From Ruminococcaceae bacterium UBA3220 (GTDB lineage: Bacteria > Bacillota > Clostridia > Oscillospirales > Acutalibacteraceae), in contig DEWC01000111.1 in assembly GCA_002363095.1 (NCBI GenBank), forward strand, positions 5,165 to 69,164: 64,000 nt of DNA. The letters run 5' to 3'. Shown here in pieces: positions 46,212 through 56,499 of this stretch. The position numbers and the translations under genes were made by a program. Within the stretch, counting starts at the first letter, position 1, and each line of letters opens with the position of its first letter. Under the pieces are notes generated by a model, which searched no databases, was not told the origin of the DNA, and saw only the letters and a program-made list of their open reading frames with translations.

Positions 46212-47417
46212 ATGATTACTAACAGCCATTTTAAACTGTTTCTTGTAATTGCCGCGTCAATACTTTTTTTCTTTGCGGTATACCGTGTTGACCTTTTGTT
46301 TGTGGCAATCGGTAAAATGATTTCAGTTTTAGAACCGATTATTTACGGGCTTGTAATTGCTTATTTGCTTAACCCTCTTGTTGACATTTTTTCAAAGAAA
46401 GTCTTTTCAAGGTTATTCAAAAACAATATAAGCAAAAGGCGGGAAAAACTGGTCAATTTCCTGTCGGTGTTTTTGTCGGTTGTGATTTTTTGCTTTATAA
46501 TATGGGGAATAGTCATTATGATTATCCCCGGTATTATCGATGGTATCGGAACTCTTTCGGCTACCGTCCCCAAAAGAATTATGGAGCTTATTCAAAAGGG
46601 TGATAAATACCTTGACAAAAATGATACAACGCGGCTTATAGCACAAAAGGCTACCGAATATGTTCAAAAGTGGGTAAAAACCGATTTATCGTCTTTTGTG
46701 CTTAAATCGGTCGATTATATCTTTTTCGGTGTTTTGGGCGTTGTCAGTTTTCTTAAAAATTTTGCAATCGGGCTTCTTGTTTCGATTTATATTCTTTATA
46801 ATAAGCGTCGGTTCGGCAATCAGTCGAGAAAAATCCTTTGCGCCGTATTTAAACAAAAAACGGTCGACGGTATTATTTTTGTTTGCAAAAAAAGCAATGC
46901 GGTTTTCAGCGGATTTATCTACGGCAAAATTTTAGATTCGCTGATTGTCGGTGCAATTTGCCTTGTCGGCATAACAATATTGGATATGCCGTACAGAATT
47001 CTTGTTGCGACCATTATCTGTGTTACAAATATTATCCCCATATTCGGCCCCTATATAGGCGCCGTTCCGTGCACTCTGCTTATCGGGTTGTCGGACCCGT
47101 GGAAGGGACTTTATTTTGTCATTTTCATAATTTTGCTTCAAACCCTTGACGGCAATGTTATAGGCCCGAAAATATTAGGCGGAAAAACGGGAATAGAATC
47201 GTTTTGGGTAATATTTGCCCTTCTTATCGGCGGAGGACTGTTCGGGGTGCTCGGAATGATTTTGGGCGTACCGATGTTCGCGGTAATTTATTATTTTGCC
47301 TCAATGCTGATTAACCGCCTTCTTGCAAAAAAGAATATGTCGACGAATAGCGAAGACTATGCAACAGATAATTTCAACATATCTGATAACGAGGTGATTT
47401 CAGATGAAAAAGAGTGA
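46212..47417 (+). CDS. AI-2E (PerM/UPF0118) family transporter
   Basis: About 400 aa; eight hydrophobic segments; NIIPIFGPYIGAVP motif. Confidence 0.8.
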   Translation: MITNSHFKLFLVIAASILFFFAVYRVDLLFVAIGKMISVLEPIIYGLVIAYLLNPLVDIFSKKVFSRLFKNNISKRREKLVNFLSVFLSVVIFCFIIWGIVIMIIPGIIDGIGTLSATVPKRIMELIQKGDKYLDKNDTTRLIAQKATEYVQKWVKTDLSSFVLKSVDYIFFGVLGVVSFLKNFAIGLLVSIYILYNKRRFGNQSRKILCAVFKQKTVDGIIFVCKKSNAVFSGFIYGKILDSLIVGAICLVGITILDMPYRILVATIICVTNIIPIFGPYIGAVPCTLLIGLSDPWKGLYFVIFIILLQTLDGNVIGPKILGGKTGIESFWVIFALLIGGGLFGVLGMILGVPMFAVIYYFASMLINRLLAKKNMSTNSEDYATDNFNISDNEVISDEKE

Positions 47418-47976
47418 ACTTTTAAAACAGAATTCCGAGCTTTATCATCAACTCGACGAGGCGCTGAAGAAGTTGAATGAGCTTGAGAAAAAGTTTGAAA
47501 CGGTAAATAAAGAATTAGAAGCGGAAAAAAGCGCCAATGAGCAACTCAGAACAAAAACAGACGCTCTTTCGGCGATTGAGCCTGAGCAGTCGGAAAAGGC
47601 TGTCTCGACTGACGGCGCTGAAACTGCTCCTGTTTTTTTCAATCCCGAAAGCCCGAAAGCGCCCGAAGGGTTCGGGCTTTTTGAAAAAGAGGATAATGCT
47701 CCCCAAATAACGCTTGAAGATGATCTTCAATATGCCGCCGATGTAATAGGTCAACTTGTAATTGAATCGGCGAAATGCAGCAACACTTTAACCGAAGGCG
47801 GCAACACAAAGTATATTGAGCTTGTAAATTTGATACTCGGCAAAACCGAGGTTTCAAAGGCGGAAATTCTCGGCATTGCAAAGCAGGATTTGCCGATTGA
47901 AGTAAAAAAACAGAAAATTGATGGTGTAAAAGCCGCAACCTTGGAATACTTCGAGAGCGTTATGGCTCAAAGATAA
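47404..47976 (+). CDS. Hypothetical coiled-coil protein
   Basis: 190 aa; 14-nt overlap with the upstream gene; N-terminal heptad-rich LLKQNSELYHQLDEALKKLNELEKKFE; no known motif recognised. Confidence 0.5.
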   Translation: MKKSELLKQNSELYHQLDEALKKLNELEKKFETVNKELEAEKSANEQLRTKTDALSAIEPEQSEKAVSTDGAETAPVFFNPESPKAPEGFGLFEKEDNAPQITLEDDLQYAADVIGQLVIESAKCSNTLTEGGNTKYIELVNLILGKTEVSKAEILGIAKQDLPIEVKKQKIDGVKAATLEYFESVMAQR

Positions 47977-48000
47977 GTATTCGCGCTGAAAATCAAAAAA

Positions 48001-48036
48001 ATAACCCTGCAGGTTAAATCTTACCTGCGGGGTTAT
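48001..48036. terminator. Bidirectional terminator between convergent genes
   Basis: ATAACCCTGCAGGT-TAAATCTT-ACCTGCGGGGTTAT flanked by A7 and TTTATT. Confidence 0.7.
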
Positions 48037-48053
48037 TTATTATATGTCTTAAA

Positions 48054-49139
48054 TTATTTTAAAAGCGGTTTTATGAACGGCTCCAAACGGTTGGCAAATT
48101 TGAAAAAGCCGAGATCGTTCGGATGGGTTCCGTCAACCGTACAGGCGTCCCAATCCTCGCCGGCAAAAATATCGGCACCGTCTAAGAAGTAAATGTTTTT
48201 ATCGCCGCTTTGAATTGCTTTTTCGTATGTCTCCTTTATAATTCCGGTACGGGTTTTGAAATCGCCCCAGGTATCAGAAAAAGTATAATACTTCCCGTAA
48301 ACGGCAGACGGAATGGAAACAAGTATTATCGGCAAATCGGGGTTTTTGTCCCTTACCGTTTTATAGAAATGGTAATGGGTTTTTCTAAGATGCTCGGCGG
48401 TCGGGGCGTTGGCGTCATAATCCATAACAAAAACACTCATATCAAGCCCCGCGATATACTCTGCCATTTCAGGCTCACCTTTACCCGAGCCTGAAAACCC
48501 GAGGTTAATAAAGTCAAAATCAAGCCTTCTTGATAAAAATCCCTGATAACTGTTGCCGGGACGCGACGCGCATCCGCCCTGGGTTATCGAACTGCCGTAG
48601 AAGACAACGGGTGTTTTATGCTTATACGGTTGCGGCGCTTCTAAAACGGCGTCTTTTTTAAGCCCGATATAAAGTTTTTTAACATCGTGGTAAAGAGGAA
48701 AGTTTATGGTATAATCGGTGAAATCGCCGTGGGTTTTAGTTCCCGAGGAGTAACCCTCTTTAAAACCAACCGGGGGAACAAAAGTTTTAAAATAAACCTC
48801 TTTTCCGTTTTCGGCTCTGTAAATGTCAAACCCCGCATAACCTGTAACCGGCATATGCGGCATAGGCCAGCATCCGCTCATAACCGCGCTTATTGCAATA
48901 AAGGTCGAGTCAGTTTTAAATCGCACCCTTCCGCCGGCGGTGTTCGAGTTAAGTTCGGCAACGCCTTCCGATACGCTTTTTGCTATATCTTCGGGCATAC
49001 GCAGGAATTTATTTTCGGTCTCGTCATAGAATACGCCGTGAAGGGAAAAGGGCGCTTTTGACGCGTCGTACCAGACTATATCCGGCTCGGTAATATTTGT
49101 ATTAACAATAAAGTTTTGGTCAATTTTTTCGATATTCAA
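48054..49139 (-). CDS. SGNH-type esterase with an N-terminal beta-sandwich domain
   Basis: 361 aa; FYGSSITQG block I and DGTHPND block V. Confidence 0.75.
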   Translation of the reverse strand: MNIEKIDQNFIVNTNITEPDIVWYDASKAPFSLHGVFYDETENKFLRMPEDIAKSVSEGVAELNSNTAGGRVRFKTDSTFIAISAVMSGCWPMPHMPVTGYAGFDIYRAENGKEVYFKTFVPPVGFKEGYSSGTKTHGDFTDYTINFPLYHDVKKLYIGLKKDAVLEAPQPYKHKTPVVFYGSSITQGGCASRPGNSYQGFLSRRLDFDFINLGFSGSGKGEPEMAEYIAGLDMSVFVMDYDANAPTAEHLRKTHYHFYKTVRDKNPDLPIILVSIPSAVYGKYYTFSDTWGDFKTRTGIIKETYEKAIQSGDKNIYFLDGADIFAGEDWDACTVDGTHPNDLGFFKFANRLEPFIKPLLK

Positions 49140-49170
49140 TTATATCACCACTTTTATCATAACCCTTATA

Positions 49171-50775
49171 TCAGAGTAAATTTGCGGTTACGGAATGCGA
49201 CCAGCTGTTGAATTCGAGATGGGTGCCGTTCTCACGGTTTCTTATGTCGAGAGGCTCATCCTCCAACTCTTCAATTCGGGATAGTTCGCCGTTTATAAAG
49301 CGCAACAGCATATCTTTGCAATGGGTCATACGCTTTATATTTCCGCCTATTCTTATATCCTGAACATCGAATCCGTGCGGCTTGTTTTCTATCATCCACT
49401 GTTTTTCATAAAGTTCATAAAATTTTTCGGTAAGCGATATAACATCCTCATATTCTTTAACAAGGCGTTTGAGGGCGGAAATATCGTTTTCTTTGTATGC
49501 TTTTCGGGTATTTATTCCTAAATTGCATTTCTTTTCGAGTACTCTGCAAAGCGCCGCTTCGGCTTCAAAAAGATAGGAATATTCATTTGCGGGCACACCT
49601 TCGAGTACCTTGGCCATTTTGCCGAAATCAGCCCCGTCGTTTTCCGCGATGTTGCGGTCAAAAAGCCCCATAAAACAGTCGTTATAGAAAAGATATTTAT
49701 CACTGTTTACTATTGCTTCGCTTCCGTTAGGGGTAAGGGGAAGATCGAGCGCCGTAAATTCGTCAAAACCTATCTTGTATTTTTCGGCAAATTTTTGTTT
49801 TATAAGATTAATATCGTCGTTGCCTTTTATAAGTTCGCTTGCGTAGAAAAGTGAGGGTAATACGGAGAATTTAGAACATTCCGCGCCGTTATCACCCCAC
49901 ATTGTAAGAAATATGTTTTCAATTCCGTGTTCAAAGCAGGATGTGAGCGCCGCCTTTGTCGTTTGCATACTGAATTTGTTGTGGGGAGCAAAACCCGACC
50001 ATGTCCAAAGCCCGCCCGCGAACCAGATATTATCCTTAACGGCGGAATGAGCCTTTATGCGCTTATCGTAATCGGTTTTTTCCTTCGAATAATAATCCCA
50101 GTAAACAAGGTCAACATTATCGGGTATCATTTTTTTGACGCTGTCGGGTATCTCAATGTTTTCGTTGCCGTAATAGTCGTTGCCCAAAAGGCGGAAAAAC
50201 ATATCGCCCCACATAAGAAGTTTAAAATCATATTTTTTTGCAAGTTCGGATACCCTGTTTAAATGTTTTAGAAGAATTTCAAATCTGTCTTGCGCGCCAT
50301 GCCTGTCAAAATATCGCCCTCTGCCGAGCATGTGCGCCTCGTCCATTCCGATATTTACGGTTTTCGTTGAATAGGAGCGGCTTATCGCCTCAAACATATG
50401 GTCGATGAGTTTGTATGTGTTTTCGTCATCGCAGAGCAGAATATCGTTGCAATCGCACATTTTTTGATAAACGCTCCAATGAAAAATGGCGTTGAGGTGG
50501 GCAAGGGTCTGAACGCAAGGCATCAGTTCCACACCCTTTGTTTTCGCATAATTATCCATATCCTTAATTTCTTCTACGCTGTAGCGCCCTCTGAATTTTC
50601 CGAAATAGGGCTGATGCTCAACCTCATATGTATCCTCTGTGTAGAGCATAAGACAGTTAAAACCCAAATCGGAGACAATATCAATGTATTTTTTAACCGT
50701 TTCGGGTTTTAATACGGCGTTTCTTGAACAGTCAAGCATTACGCCCGATTTTTTTAATCTTGCTTTGTTAATCAT
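49171..50775 (-). CDS. Beta-N-acetylhexosaminidase, GH20 family
   Basis: 534 aa; GVMLDCSRN and NIGMDEAH catalytic Asp-Glu block. Confidence 0.8.
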   Translation of the reverse strand: MINKARLKKSGVMLDCSRNAVLKPETVKKYIDIVSDLGFNCLMLYTEDTYEVEHQPYFGKFRGRYSVEEIKDMDNYAKTKGVELMPCVQTLAHLNAIFHWSVYQKMCDCNDILLCDDENTYKLIDHMFEAISRSYSTKTVNIGMDEAHMLGRGRYFDRHGAQDRFEILLKHLNRVSELAKKYDFKLLMWGDMFFRLLGNDYYGNENIEIPDSVKKMIPDNVDLVYWDYYSKEKTDYDKRIKAHSAVKDNIWFAGGLWTWSGFAPHNKFSMQTTKAALTSCFEHGIENIFLTMWGDNGAECSKFSVLPSLFYASELIKGNDDINLIKQKFAEKYKIGFDEFTALDLPLTPNGSEAIVNSDKYLFYNDCFMGLFDRNIAENDGADFGKMAKVLEGVPANEYSYLFEAEAALCRVLEKKCNLGINTRKAYKENDISALKRLVKEYEDVISLTEKFYELYEKQWMIENKPHGFDVQDIRIGGNIKRMTHCKDMLLRFINGELSRIEELEDEPLDIRNRENGTHLEFNSWSHSVTANLL

Positions 50776-50798
50776 ATAATTTCTCCTAAACTCTTTTA

Positions 50799-51695
50799 TT
50801 ATTCTTCAAAGCAGTTGTATTGCTCTAAAACATATTTTCCCATATCGTATTTTATGTTTTCAAAGCGTTTTGCAAATTCAACCGGGTATATGGCAAGCCG
50901 GGTATCTTTTTCGTATTTTCTGCGCCTCCATGTGTTCAGCATGCCGTCGGCTTCAAAGGTGAAATAGCCGTTAAAACCGATGTCTAAAAGCCCGTTCATA
51001 ACCGAATCCATATTAACAGTGCCCGTAAAAGGCATAACATGGTCGTCCGAAAGCCCGAAGTTACCCTGAATGTGCAGAGCAGCGACATGGCTGCCGAGAA
51101 GCGCCAGCGCCTTATGTTGGGGCAGTTCCTGCATATTGCCGTGCCCGATATCCCAGCAGGCTTTAAGAAGGGGATGGTTGATGTATTCAACGAGTTCTTT
51201 CAGGTCCTCGGCGCAGTCAACCCAATAGCAACCGTTGTCGGTCATTTTATCAAAATTTTCTGTAAGTATATTTATATTGCATTTTTCCGCGGTTTTGAGC
51301 AATTCTTCATAAAACTTTTTGTTGCGCTTAAAGGTTTCTTCCTTTGAAAGCCCTTTAAGGTAACCGGAATGAACGACAATGTTCGGGATGCCGAGCCATG
51401 AAGCGGTTTCAATGCTTTGCTTTGTCGCCTCAATGAAATCTTCGCTTCCCTCGGCAAGAGGTCTTCCGAGAGGGGAGTGGGACTGGACAAATTTAAACCC
51501 CGAAGTATCAGCCATTTTGAGGAGTTTTTCGGCAAACGCCTTCGGGTTTTCGCCCAAAAGACCGGTTTTAGTCCGAAAATCATAAGTGAAACTGTAATCG
51601 ATGTACTTAAATCCCGCTTCCGTTACGGCGTCGATACTTTCTTCAACATTAAGCCCGAAATGGAAAAAATCGCCGGTCGTTGTTGCTAATTTCAT
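50799..51695 (-). CDS. Sugar phosphate isomerase/epimerase (xylose-isomerase-like TIM barrel)
   Basis: 298 aa; VVHSG, ILTENF, CWDIGHGN blocks. Confidence 0.7.
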   Translation of the reverse strand: MKLATTTGDFFHFGLNVEESIDAVTEAGFKYIDYSFTYDFRTKTGLLGENPKAFAEKLLKMADTSGFKFVQSHSPLGRPLAEGSEDFIEATKQSIETASWLGIPNIVVHSGYLKGLSKEETFKRNKKFYEELLKTAEKCNINILTENFDKMTDNGCYWVDCAEDLKELVEYINHPLLKACWDIGHGNMQELPQHKALALLGSHVAALHIQGNFGLSDDHVMPFTGTVNMDSVMNGLLDIGFNGYFTFEADGMLNTWRRRKYEKDTRLAIYPVEFAKRFENIKYDMGKYVLEQYNCFEE

Positions 51696-51747
51696 ATTTT
51701 CACGGCTCCTTTTTTCGGTTCATTTTACTTTCGTTATATCTGATGAG

Positions 51748-51776
51748 ATTATATCAAATCACTTCGGATAAATCAA
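51748..51776 (-). promoter_or_regulatory. Sigma-A type promoter for the 51695-48054 operon (TTGATT-17-TATAAT on minus strand)
   Basis: The minus strand reads TTGATTTATCCGAAGTGATTTGATATAAT. Confidence 0.55.
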
Positions 51777-52135
51777 GGAATTTATAGCTATAGATTAATA
51801 TTTGCAAAAAATGTAGCAACCTTTTATCAGTTTGTCAAGATGGGCATTATAAACCGCCTACTTTATAGCCCGCCGTCGCCTACCATAAATAAGCTTCACC
51901 CTATCCATGGTAGAGATTATACCTTTGATGGTTCAAGTGATTTCAGCAAACCGCGAACAGCGAAAATTTGCAGATTGGCGATTAAAGACGGCAAAATTTT
52001 TGCCGAGCAACAGAAGTCAAGACCTCCGCCTAAGCCGGAGGTCTTGATTACTGTTAATTTAAACACAATTGCACCGATTTCAGAATTGTTGAAGATTTAT
52101 GCCAAAACGGATGCGAAATCCATGCTTAATTCCTA

Positions 52136-52996
52136 TCAGGTTTTAACAGTTTCTTTAAACTGTTGTGGTGTTATGTTGAGATGTTTTTTATATAATCTGT
52201 AAAAATTTGAATAGTTATTAAATCCTACAAAGTAGCATGCCTCTTTGATTGTGTAATTTGCTCTGATAAGATTATTGCATTCGTAAAGTCTTCTTATAAT
52301 CAGGTAATCGTTGGGCGATATACCTACATTTTGTTTAAAAAGGTGAGCAATATAGTACTTTGAAAAATGAAATTTTTCTGATAAAAACTCCAAAGTTATA
52401 TTTTCCGTATAATGTTTGTTAATATATTCTATCATGAGGTTTACTGTTTTATTTGCAGAAACAGGTTGGTTTGATATGTTGGTTTTTTTTATAAGTTTTG
52501 ACAATTCCGACAGCAATTCAACCGTTTTGCATGTGATAAGTATTTGAGCTTCGAAAATGTCTTTTTGGGCGAGTGAAAGACAGTAGTTTACGATTTGGTC
52601 AAGGCCTATAGCCATGACCTTTTCTTTTGGTATAAGATTTCCTATTCCTTTTGGCTTTTTTGACAGGGTATCAAAAAATGTATTTCTGTCGCCGCCGAAC
52701 GGATAAAGCAGGGTATCTTTAATGTGAAAAACTATTTTTTCAAAATACGAGTTATCTTTTCTCGTGGATACATGAAGTTCATCGGGATTTAGTATTATCA
52801 TATCGCCATCGCTTATATGGTAATGATTTCCTTCAATGTGTATATCAGACTCTCCGACACGGTAAAATTCTAATATCAGGTCCTTATCATAATGCAGATA
52901 GTTGATAGTAGAACTTTTTTCAAAAAGGCCGTGTGAATAGTGAATATCAATATATGGATTTGGACAGTAACAATCTCTGGTATACATTTTTATCAC
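52136..52996 (-). CDS. AraC-family transcriptional regulator
   Basis: 286 aa; cupin-like N-domain; C-terminal double HTH (LSEKFHFSKYYIAHLFKQ..., GFNNYSNFYRLYKK). Confidence 0.88.
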   Translation of the reverse strand: MIKMYTRDCYCPNPYIDIHYSHGLFEKSSTINYLHYDKDLILEFYRVGESDIHIEGNHYHISDGDMIILNPDELHVSTRKDNSYFEKIVFHIKDTLLYPFGGDRNTFFDTLSKKPKGIGNLIPKEKVMAIGLDQIVNYCLSLAQKDIFEAQILITCKTVELLSELSKLIKKTNISNQPVSANKTVNLMIEYINKHYTENITLEFLSEKFHFSKYYIAHLFKQNVGISPNDYLIIRRLYECNNLIRANYTIKEACYFVGFNNYSNFYRLYKKHLNITPQQFKETVKT

Positions 52997-53095
52997 CTCA
53001 TAGCAATATTGTACATCATTTTCGCAAAAAACACAATATGATATTTAAAAATGTTGTAATATAATGTGGTTGATTAGTAATGGGAGGAATGACAG

Positions 53096-54355
53096 ATGAA
53101 AGACTGCAATTATGATATTGTTGTTGTCGGTGGTGGTCCTGCGGGTTTGGCGGCGGCAATATCCGCAAAGAAAAATGGTGCAGAAAAGGTTGTTGTTATA
53201 GAACGGGAAAACCGTTTGGGGGGAATACTAAAACAGTGTATCCATGCGGGTTTCGGACTTCAGTATTTCGGAGAAGAACTTACGGGACCTGAATATGCTG
53301 AAAGGTTTTCGGTTCTTGCAAAGGAAAACGGAATAGACTTTTTACTTAATACTACCGCTATTGAAATTAACGAAAAAACTCTTATTTGCGTAAATACAGA
53401 CGGGGTTATAAATATCAGTTTCGGGGCGCTTGTTCTTGCAATGGGTTGTAGGGAACGTACCCGCGCAAATCTTATGATACCCGGTAGTCGTCCTGCAGGC
53501 ATATATACCGCAGGAACAGCACAAAAGCTTATAAATATTTACGGTCATAGAATAGGAAAAGAAGTTGTTATTCTCGGAAGCGGAGATATTGGAATGATAA
53601 TGGCAAGGCGCCTGTCGTTAGGTGGTGCAAAGGTTAAGGCTGTAATTGAAATCATGCCGTATCTTGCAGGACTTGTCCGCAATAAAATTCAATGTCTTGA
53701 CGATTTTGATATACCGCTTATGTTATCTCATACTGTTGTTGATATAAACGGAATTGACCGTGTAGAGAGCGTTACGGTAGCTCCTGTGGACGAAAATCGC
53801 CGTCCGGTTATGGAAAAGGTTGAAACAATTTCCTGTGATACTTTACTTTTATCCGTCGGTCTTATTCCCGAAAATGAACTTACTCGTTCAGCCGATGTAA
53901 CTCTTTCGGGAATAACCAAAGGCGCTGTTGTAAATCAGTTTAAGCAGACCGATAAGCCGTATATTTTTGCCTGCGGAAATGTATTGCATGTTAACGACCT
54001 TGTTGACCATGTAAGTCACGAAAGTGAAGACGCCGGAAAGTTTGCAGCACTATATGCTTTAGGAAAACTTGAGCAGAACAATGAAATTCCCGTTACACCC
54101 GGAGACGGTGTAAGGTATGTGTGTCCTCAAAGAATCGCATGCGAAAATGCCGATGTTGACCTGTATTTCCGTACCTTAATTCCCGGTAGGCAGACAACAC
54201 TTACGGTTTTAGATGACAGTGGTATACTTATAACAAAAAAACTTATTCGAACGACACCGGGTACGATAGAAAAACTAACAATACCCGCAGATAAGGTTAA
54301 GAAGATTAAAGGAAAAATTGTGGTTTGTGCCGAACACAAGGAGGTTTGTATATGA
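53096..54355 (+). CDS. FAD/NAD(P)-binding pyridine-nucleotide-disulfide-type oxidoreductase
   Basis: DIVVVGGGPAGLAAA and VVILGSGDIGM dinucleotide folds; 419 aa. Confidence 0.8.
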   Translation: MKDCNYDIVVVGGGPAGLAAAISAKKNGAEKVVVIERENRLGGILKQCIHAGFGLQYFGEELTGPEYAERFSVLAKENGIDFLLNTTAIEINEKTLICVNTDGVINISFGALVLAMGCRERTRANLMIPGSRPAGIYTAGTAQKLINIYGHRIGKEVVILGSGDIGMIMARRLSLGGAKVKAVIEIMPYLAGLVRNKIQCLDDFDIPLMLSHTVVDINGIDRVESVTVAPVDENRRPVMEKVETISCDTLLLSVGLIPENELTRSADVTLSGITKGAVVNQFKQTDKPYIFACGNVLHVNDLVDHVSHESEDAGKFAALYALGKLEQNNEIPVTPGDGVRYVCPQRIACENADVDLYFRTLIPGRQTTLTVLDDSGILITKKLIRTTPGTIEKLTIPADKVKKIKGKIVVCAEHKEVCI

Positions 54356-54720
54356 AAAGGACAGTAACCTGCACAGTATGCCCGAATGGCTGTGAAATAG
54401 GGATTGAGTATAACACAAAAGAGGATGCCGTACTAAACGGATACGGTTGCAAAAGAGGTGTTTCATACGCTCTTGACGAATGTTTTGAGCCAAAGCGCAC
54501 TTTTACATCTTCGGTTAAAATTTCCGGTTCAGACAGAAGGGTTTTGCCGGTTCGCACTACCAAGCCGATACCGAAGAGTATTTTAATGAAAGCCGCTAAA
54601 GAGGTTGAAGGTATTTCGCTTAAAGCTCCCATAAAATGCGGAGAAGTTATTGAAAATGATTTTTTAAACACAAAGGCAAAACTTATTGCTACGATGACAC
54701 TTGAAGGGGAGAACGCGTGA
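54352..54720 (+). CDS. DUF1667-type small Cys-rich protein
   Basis: ATG 54352 after AAGGAGG, ATGA overlap; MKRTVTCTVCPNGCEI... start typical of DUF1667 as I recall it. Confidence 0.65.
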   Translation: MKRTVTCTVCPNGCEIGIEYNTKEDAVLNGYGCKRGVSYALDECFEPKRTFTSSVKISGSDRRVLPVRTTKPIPKSILMKAAKEVEGISLKAPIKCGEVIENDFLNTKAKLIATMTLEGENA

Positions 54721-56153
54721 TGATTAAAACAGACGTACTTATTATAGGTGCAGGCGCTGTAGGTTGCGCACTTGCAAGAGAACTTTCAAAATACGATATA
54801 AATGTAACAGTGTGCGATAAAAACGATGATGTCGGCGGTGATGCTTCAAAATCAAACAGTGGACTTTTTTCGACAAGTGCAACTATGCCGGTAGGCACGC
54901 TTGAATGTAAACTCCGCACTATTGCCCATAGTATGATGATGAATATTTGTAAGGATTTGGACGTCCCGGTCATTGAATGCGGAAGCATAGCGCCTATACT
55001 GTATCCCGACCAACTTGAAACGGCAAAAGGACTTACAGAAAAGGCATTCTTAAACGGTGTTTATGATTATGAGATTTTGCCGGCGAAAGATATTCTCGAA
55101 ATGGAGCCGACCTTAAATCCGGAAATTTTGGGCGGTATTTACAGCCCTCGGGATAAACAGGCAAATCAGTTTATTTTGGTTTCCGCCATGGCTGAAAATG
55201 CGGCTGAAAACGGTGTTCAGTTCATACTTGACTGTAAAGTTATGGGAATGGATGTTTCAAACGGAAAAATCCATAAAGTACATACCTCAAAAGATGATAT
55301 TGAGGCAAAATGGGTAATAAATGCCGCGGGACTTTATTGTGACGAAATATCTAAAATGGTTGACGAATGTGACTTTACCGTGCATCCGCGAAAAGGCGAG
55401 TTTTATGTGTTCTCGCACGATACTCCCGTAAAGGTTTCGCATATTATATCTTCTGTGCCAAGTCCTAAAACAAGGGGCGTCCTTGTTATACCGACGGTTG
55501 ATAACAATATGCTTGTAGGGCCTACTGCTGACGATGTTGAAGACAAAACTGATAAAAAAACAACTTCGGAAGGATTGGCAAGTATAAAAGCCCAAGCACT
55601 TAAAATGGTGCCGGGGTTGCATTTTGAAGATACCATCACACAATTTGTCGGAGTTCGTCCGGCAAGAATTCCGGAAGGATATGATATTCGTTTCTCGGAG
55701 AAGGTAAAAGGTTTTATAGGTATATCCGGTGTTCGTTCTACCGGTCTTACGGCAAGCGTAGGTATTGCAGGATATGTTGTTCATGGAATGAAAGAAGCAG
55801 GACTTGAACTCAATCGCAAGGTTGGCTGGAAACGTACAAGAAAGGGTATAATACGCTTTGCCGATAAAACAAACGAAGAAAAAGATGCGCTTATTAAGAA
55901 CGATCCGTTATACGGAAAGATAGTCTGCCGTTGTGAGCAGGTAACCGAAAGCGAGATTTTACAGGCAATACACCGCCCCGTAGGCGCAAAAACATTAGAT
56001 GCAGTTAAACGCCGTGTTCGTGCCGGTATGGGGCGCTGTCAGAGTGGCTTTTGCAGTCCAATAGTTATTGAGATTATCGCGAGGGAGCTTGGAATTCCTG
56101 AAGAAGATGTAAGAAAACGTGGCGAGAAGGCGTTTATGCTTGACAAACAGTGA
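54720..56153 (+). CDS. FAD-dependent glycerol-3-phosphate-dehydrogenase-like oxidoreductase with BFD-like [2Fe-2S] tail
   Basis: DVLIIGAGAVGCALA FAD fold; C-terminal CRCEQVTESEI...RAGMGRCQSGFC; start is ATG 54720 or GTG 54717. Confidence 0.8.
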   Translation: MIKTDVLIIGAGAVGCALARELSKYDINVTVCDKNDDVGGDASKSNSGLFSTSATMPVGTLECKLRTIAHSMMMNICKDLDVPVIECGSIAPILYPDQLETAKGLTEKAFLNGVYDYEILPAKDILEMEPTLNPEILGGIYSPRDKQANQFILVSAMAENAAENGVQFILDCKVMGMDVSNGKIHKVHTSKDDIEAKWVINAAGLYCDEISKMVDECDFTVHPRKGEFYVFSHDTPVKVSHIISSVPSPKTRGVLVIPTVDNNMLVGPTADDVEDKTDKKTTSEGLASIKAQALKMVPGLHFEDTITQFVGVRPARIPEGYDIRFSEKVKGFIGISGVRSTGLTASVGIAGYVVHGMKEAGLELNRKVGWKRTRKGIIRFADKTNEEKDALIKNDPLYGKIVCRCEQVTESEILQAIHRPVGAKTLDAVKRRVRAGMGRCQSGFCSPIVIEIIARELGIPEEDVRKRGEKAFMLDKQ

Positions 56154-56155
56154 AA

Positions 56156-56189
56156 AATGCTATCGTAGATTTTCTACGATAGCATTTTT
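56156..56189 (+). terminator. Intrinsic terminator of the flavoprotein cluster
   Basis: AATGCTATCGTAG-ATTTT-CTACGATAGCATT followed by TTT. Confidence 0.8.
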
Positions 56190-56396
56190 CTGTTCGTATC
56201 AGAATTCCGAAAAATCCTTTTTGTTCTGACTGATTTGATTGAGAATACTTTCCATTGTTATTATACGCAGATTATTCCTTTTCTATCGTATAACGAAGCG
56301 AGTTAGAATCTCCGTATAAAATCGGTACGGAAACCCCTGCGAACATCGCGCCGCTCCTCTAAACGATTTATCAAATTCCTTAATATAACAAACTGT

Positions 56397-56499
56397 TTCC
56401 GGGTCAAGAGCCCGCAAGGATAAAATATTGTAATTCAAATGAAAAAAGCCCTCGGCGCAAAAGCACCGAGAACTTTTTTGGTCCGAGTGACAAGACTTG
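56397..56499. repeat. 103-bp direct repeat, copy 1 (terminator plus last 21 nt of tRNA-Pro, no tRNA body)
   Basis: Matches 56810-56912 with 4 mismatches; contains TGGTCCGAGTGACAAGACTTG (rc of the tRNA 3' end) at 56479-56499. Confidence 0.9.

Noticed and set aside
51840-52202. 120-aa plus-strand ORF in the AraC / isomerase intergenic region
   Set aside because: It has no RBS, overlaps the AraC 3' end on the opposite strand, and runs through a 12-bp-stem hairpin (52017-52047). It is likely noncoding.
48054-56153. Genomic island or prophage adjacent to tRNA-Pro
   Set aside because: No integrase, recombinase, phage or conjugation genes are present. The content is ordinary carbohydrate and redox metabolism. 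Only the smaller possibility for 52.1-56.2 kb is kept as a low-interest finding.
56272-56346. 24-codon minus-strand sORF (MFAGVSVPILYGDSNSLRYTIEKE) with an AGGAG 7 nt upstream
   Set aside because: The only support is an RBS-like match. It is too short to evaluate without conservation or ribosome-profiling data.
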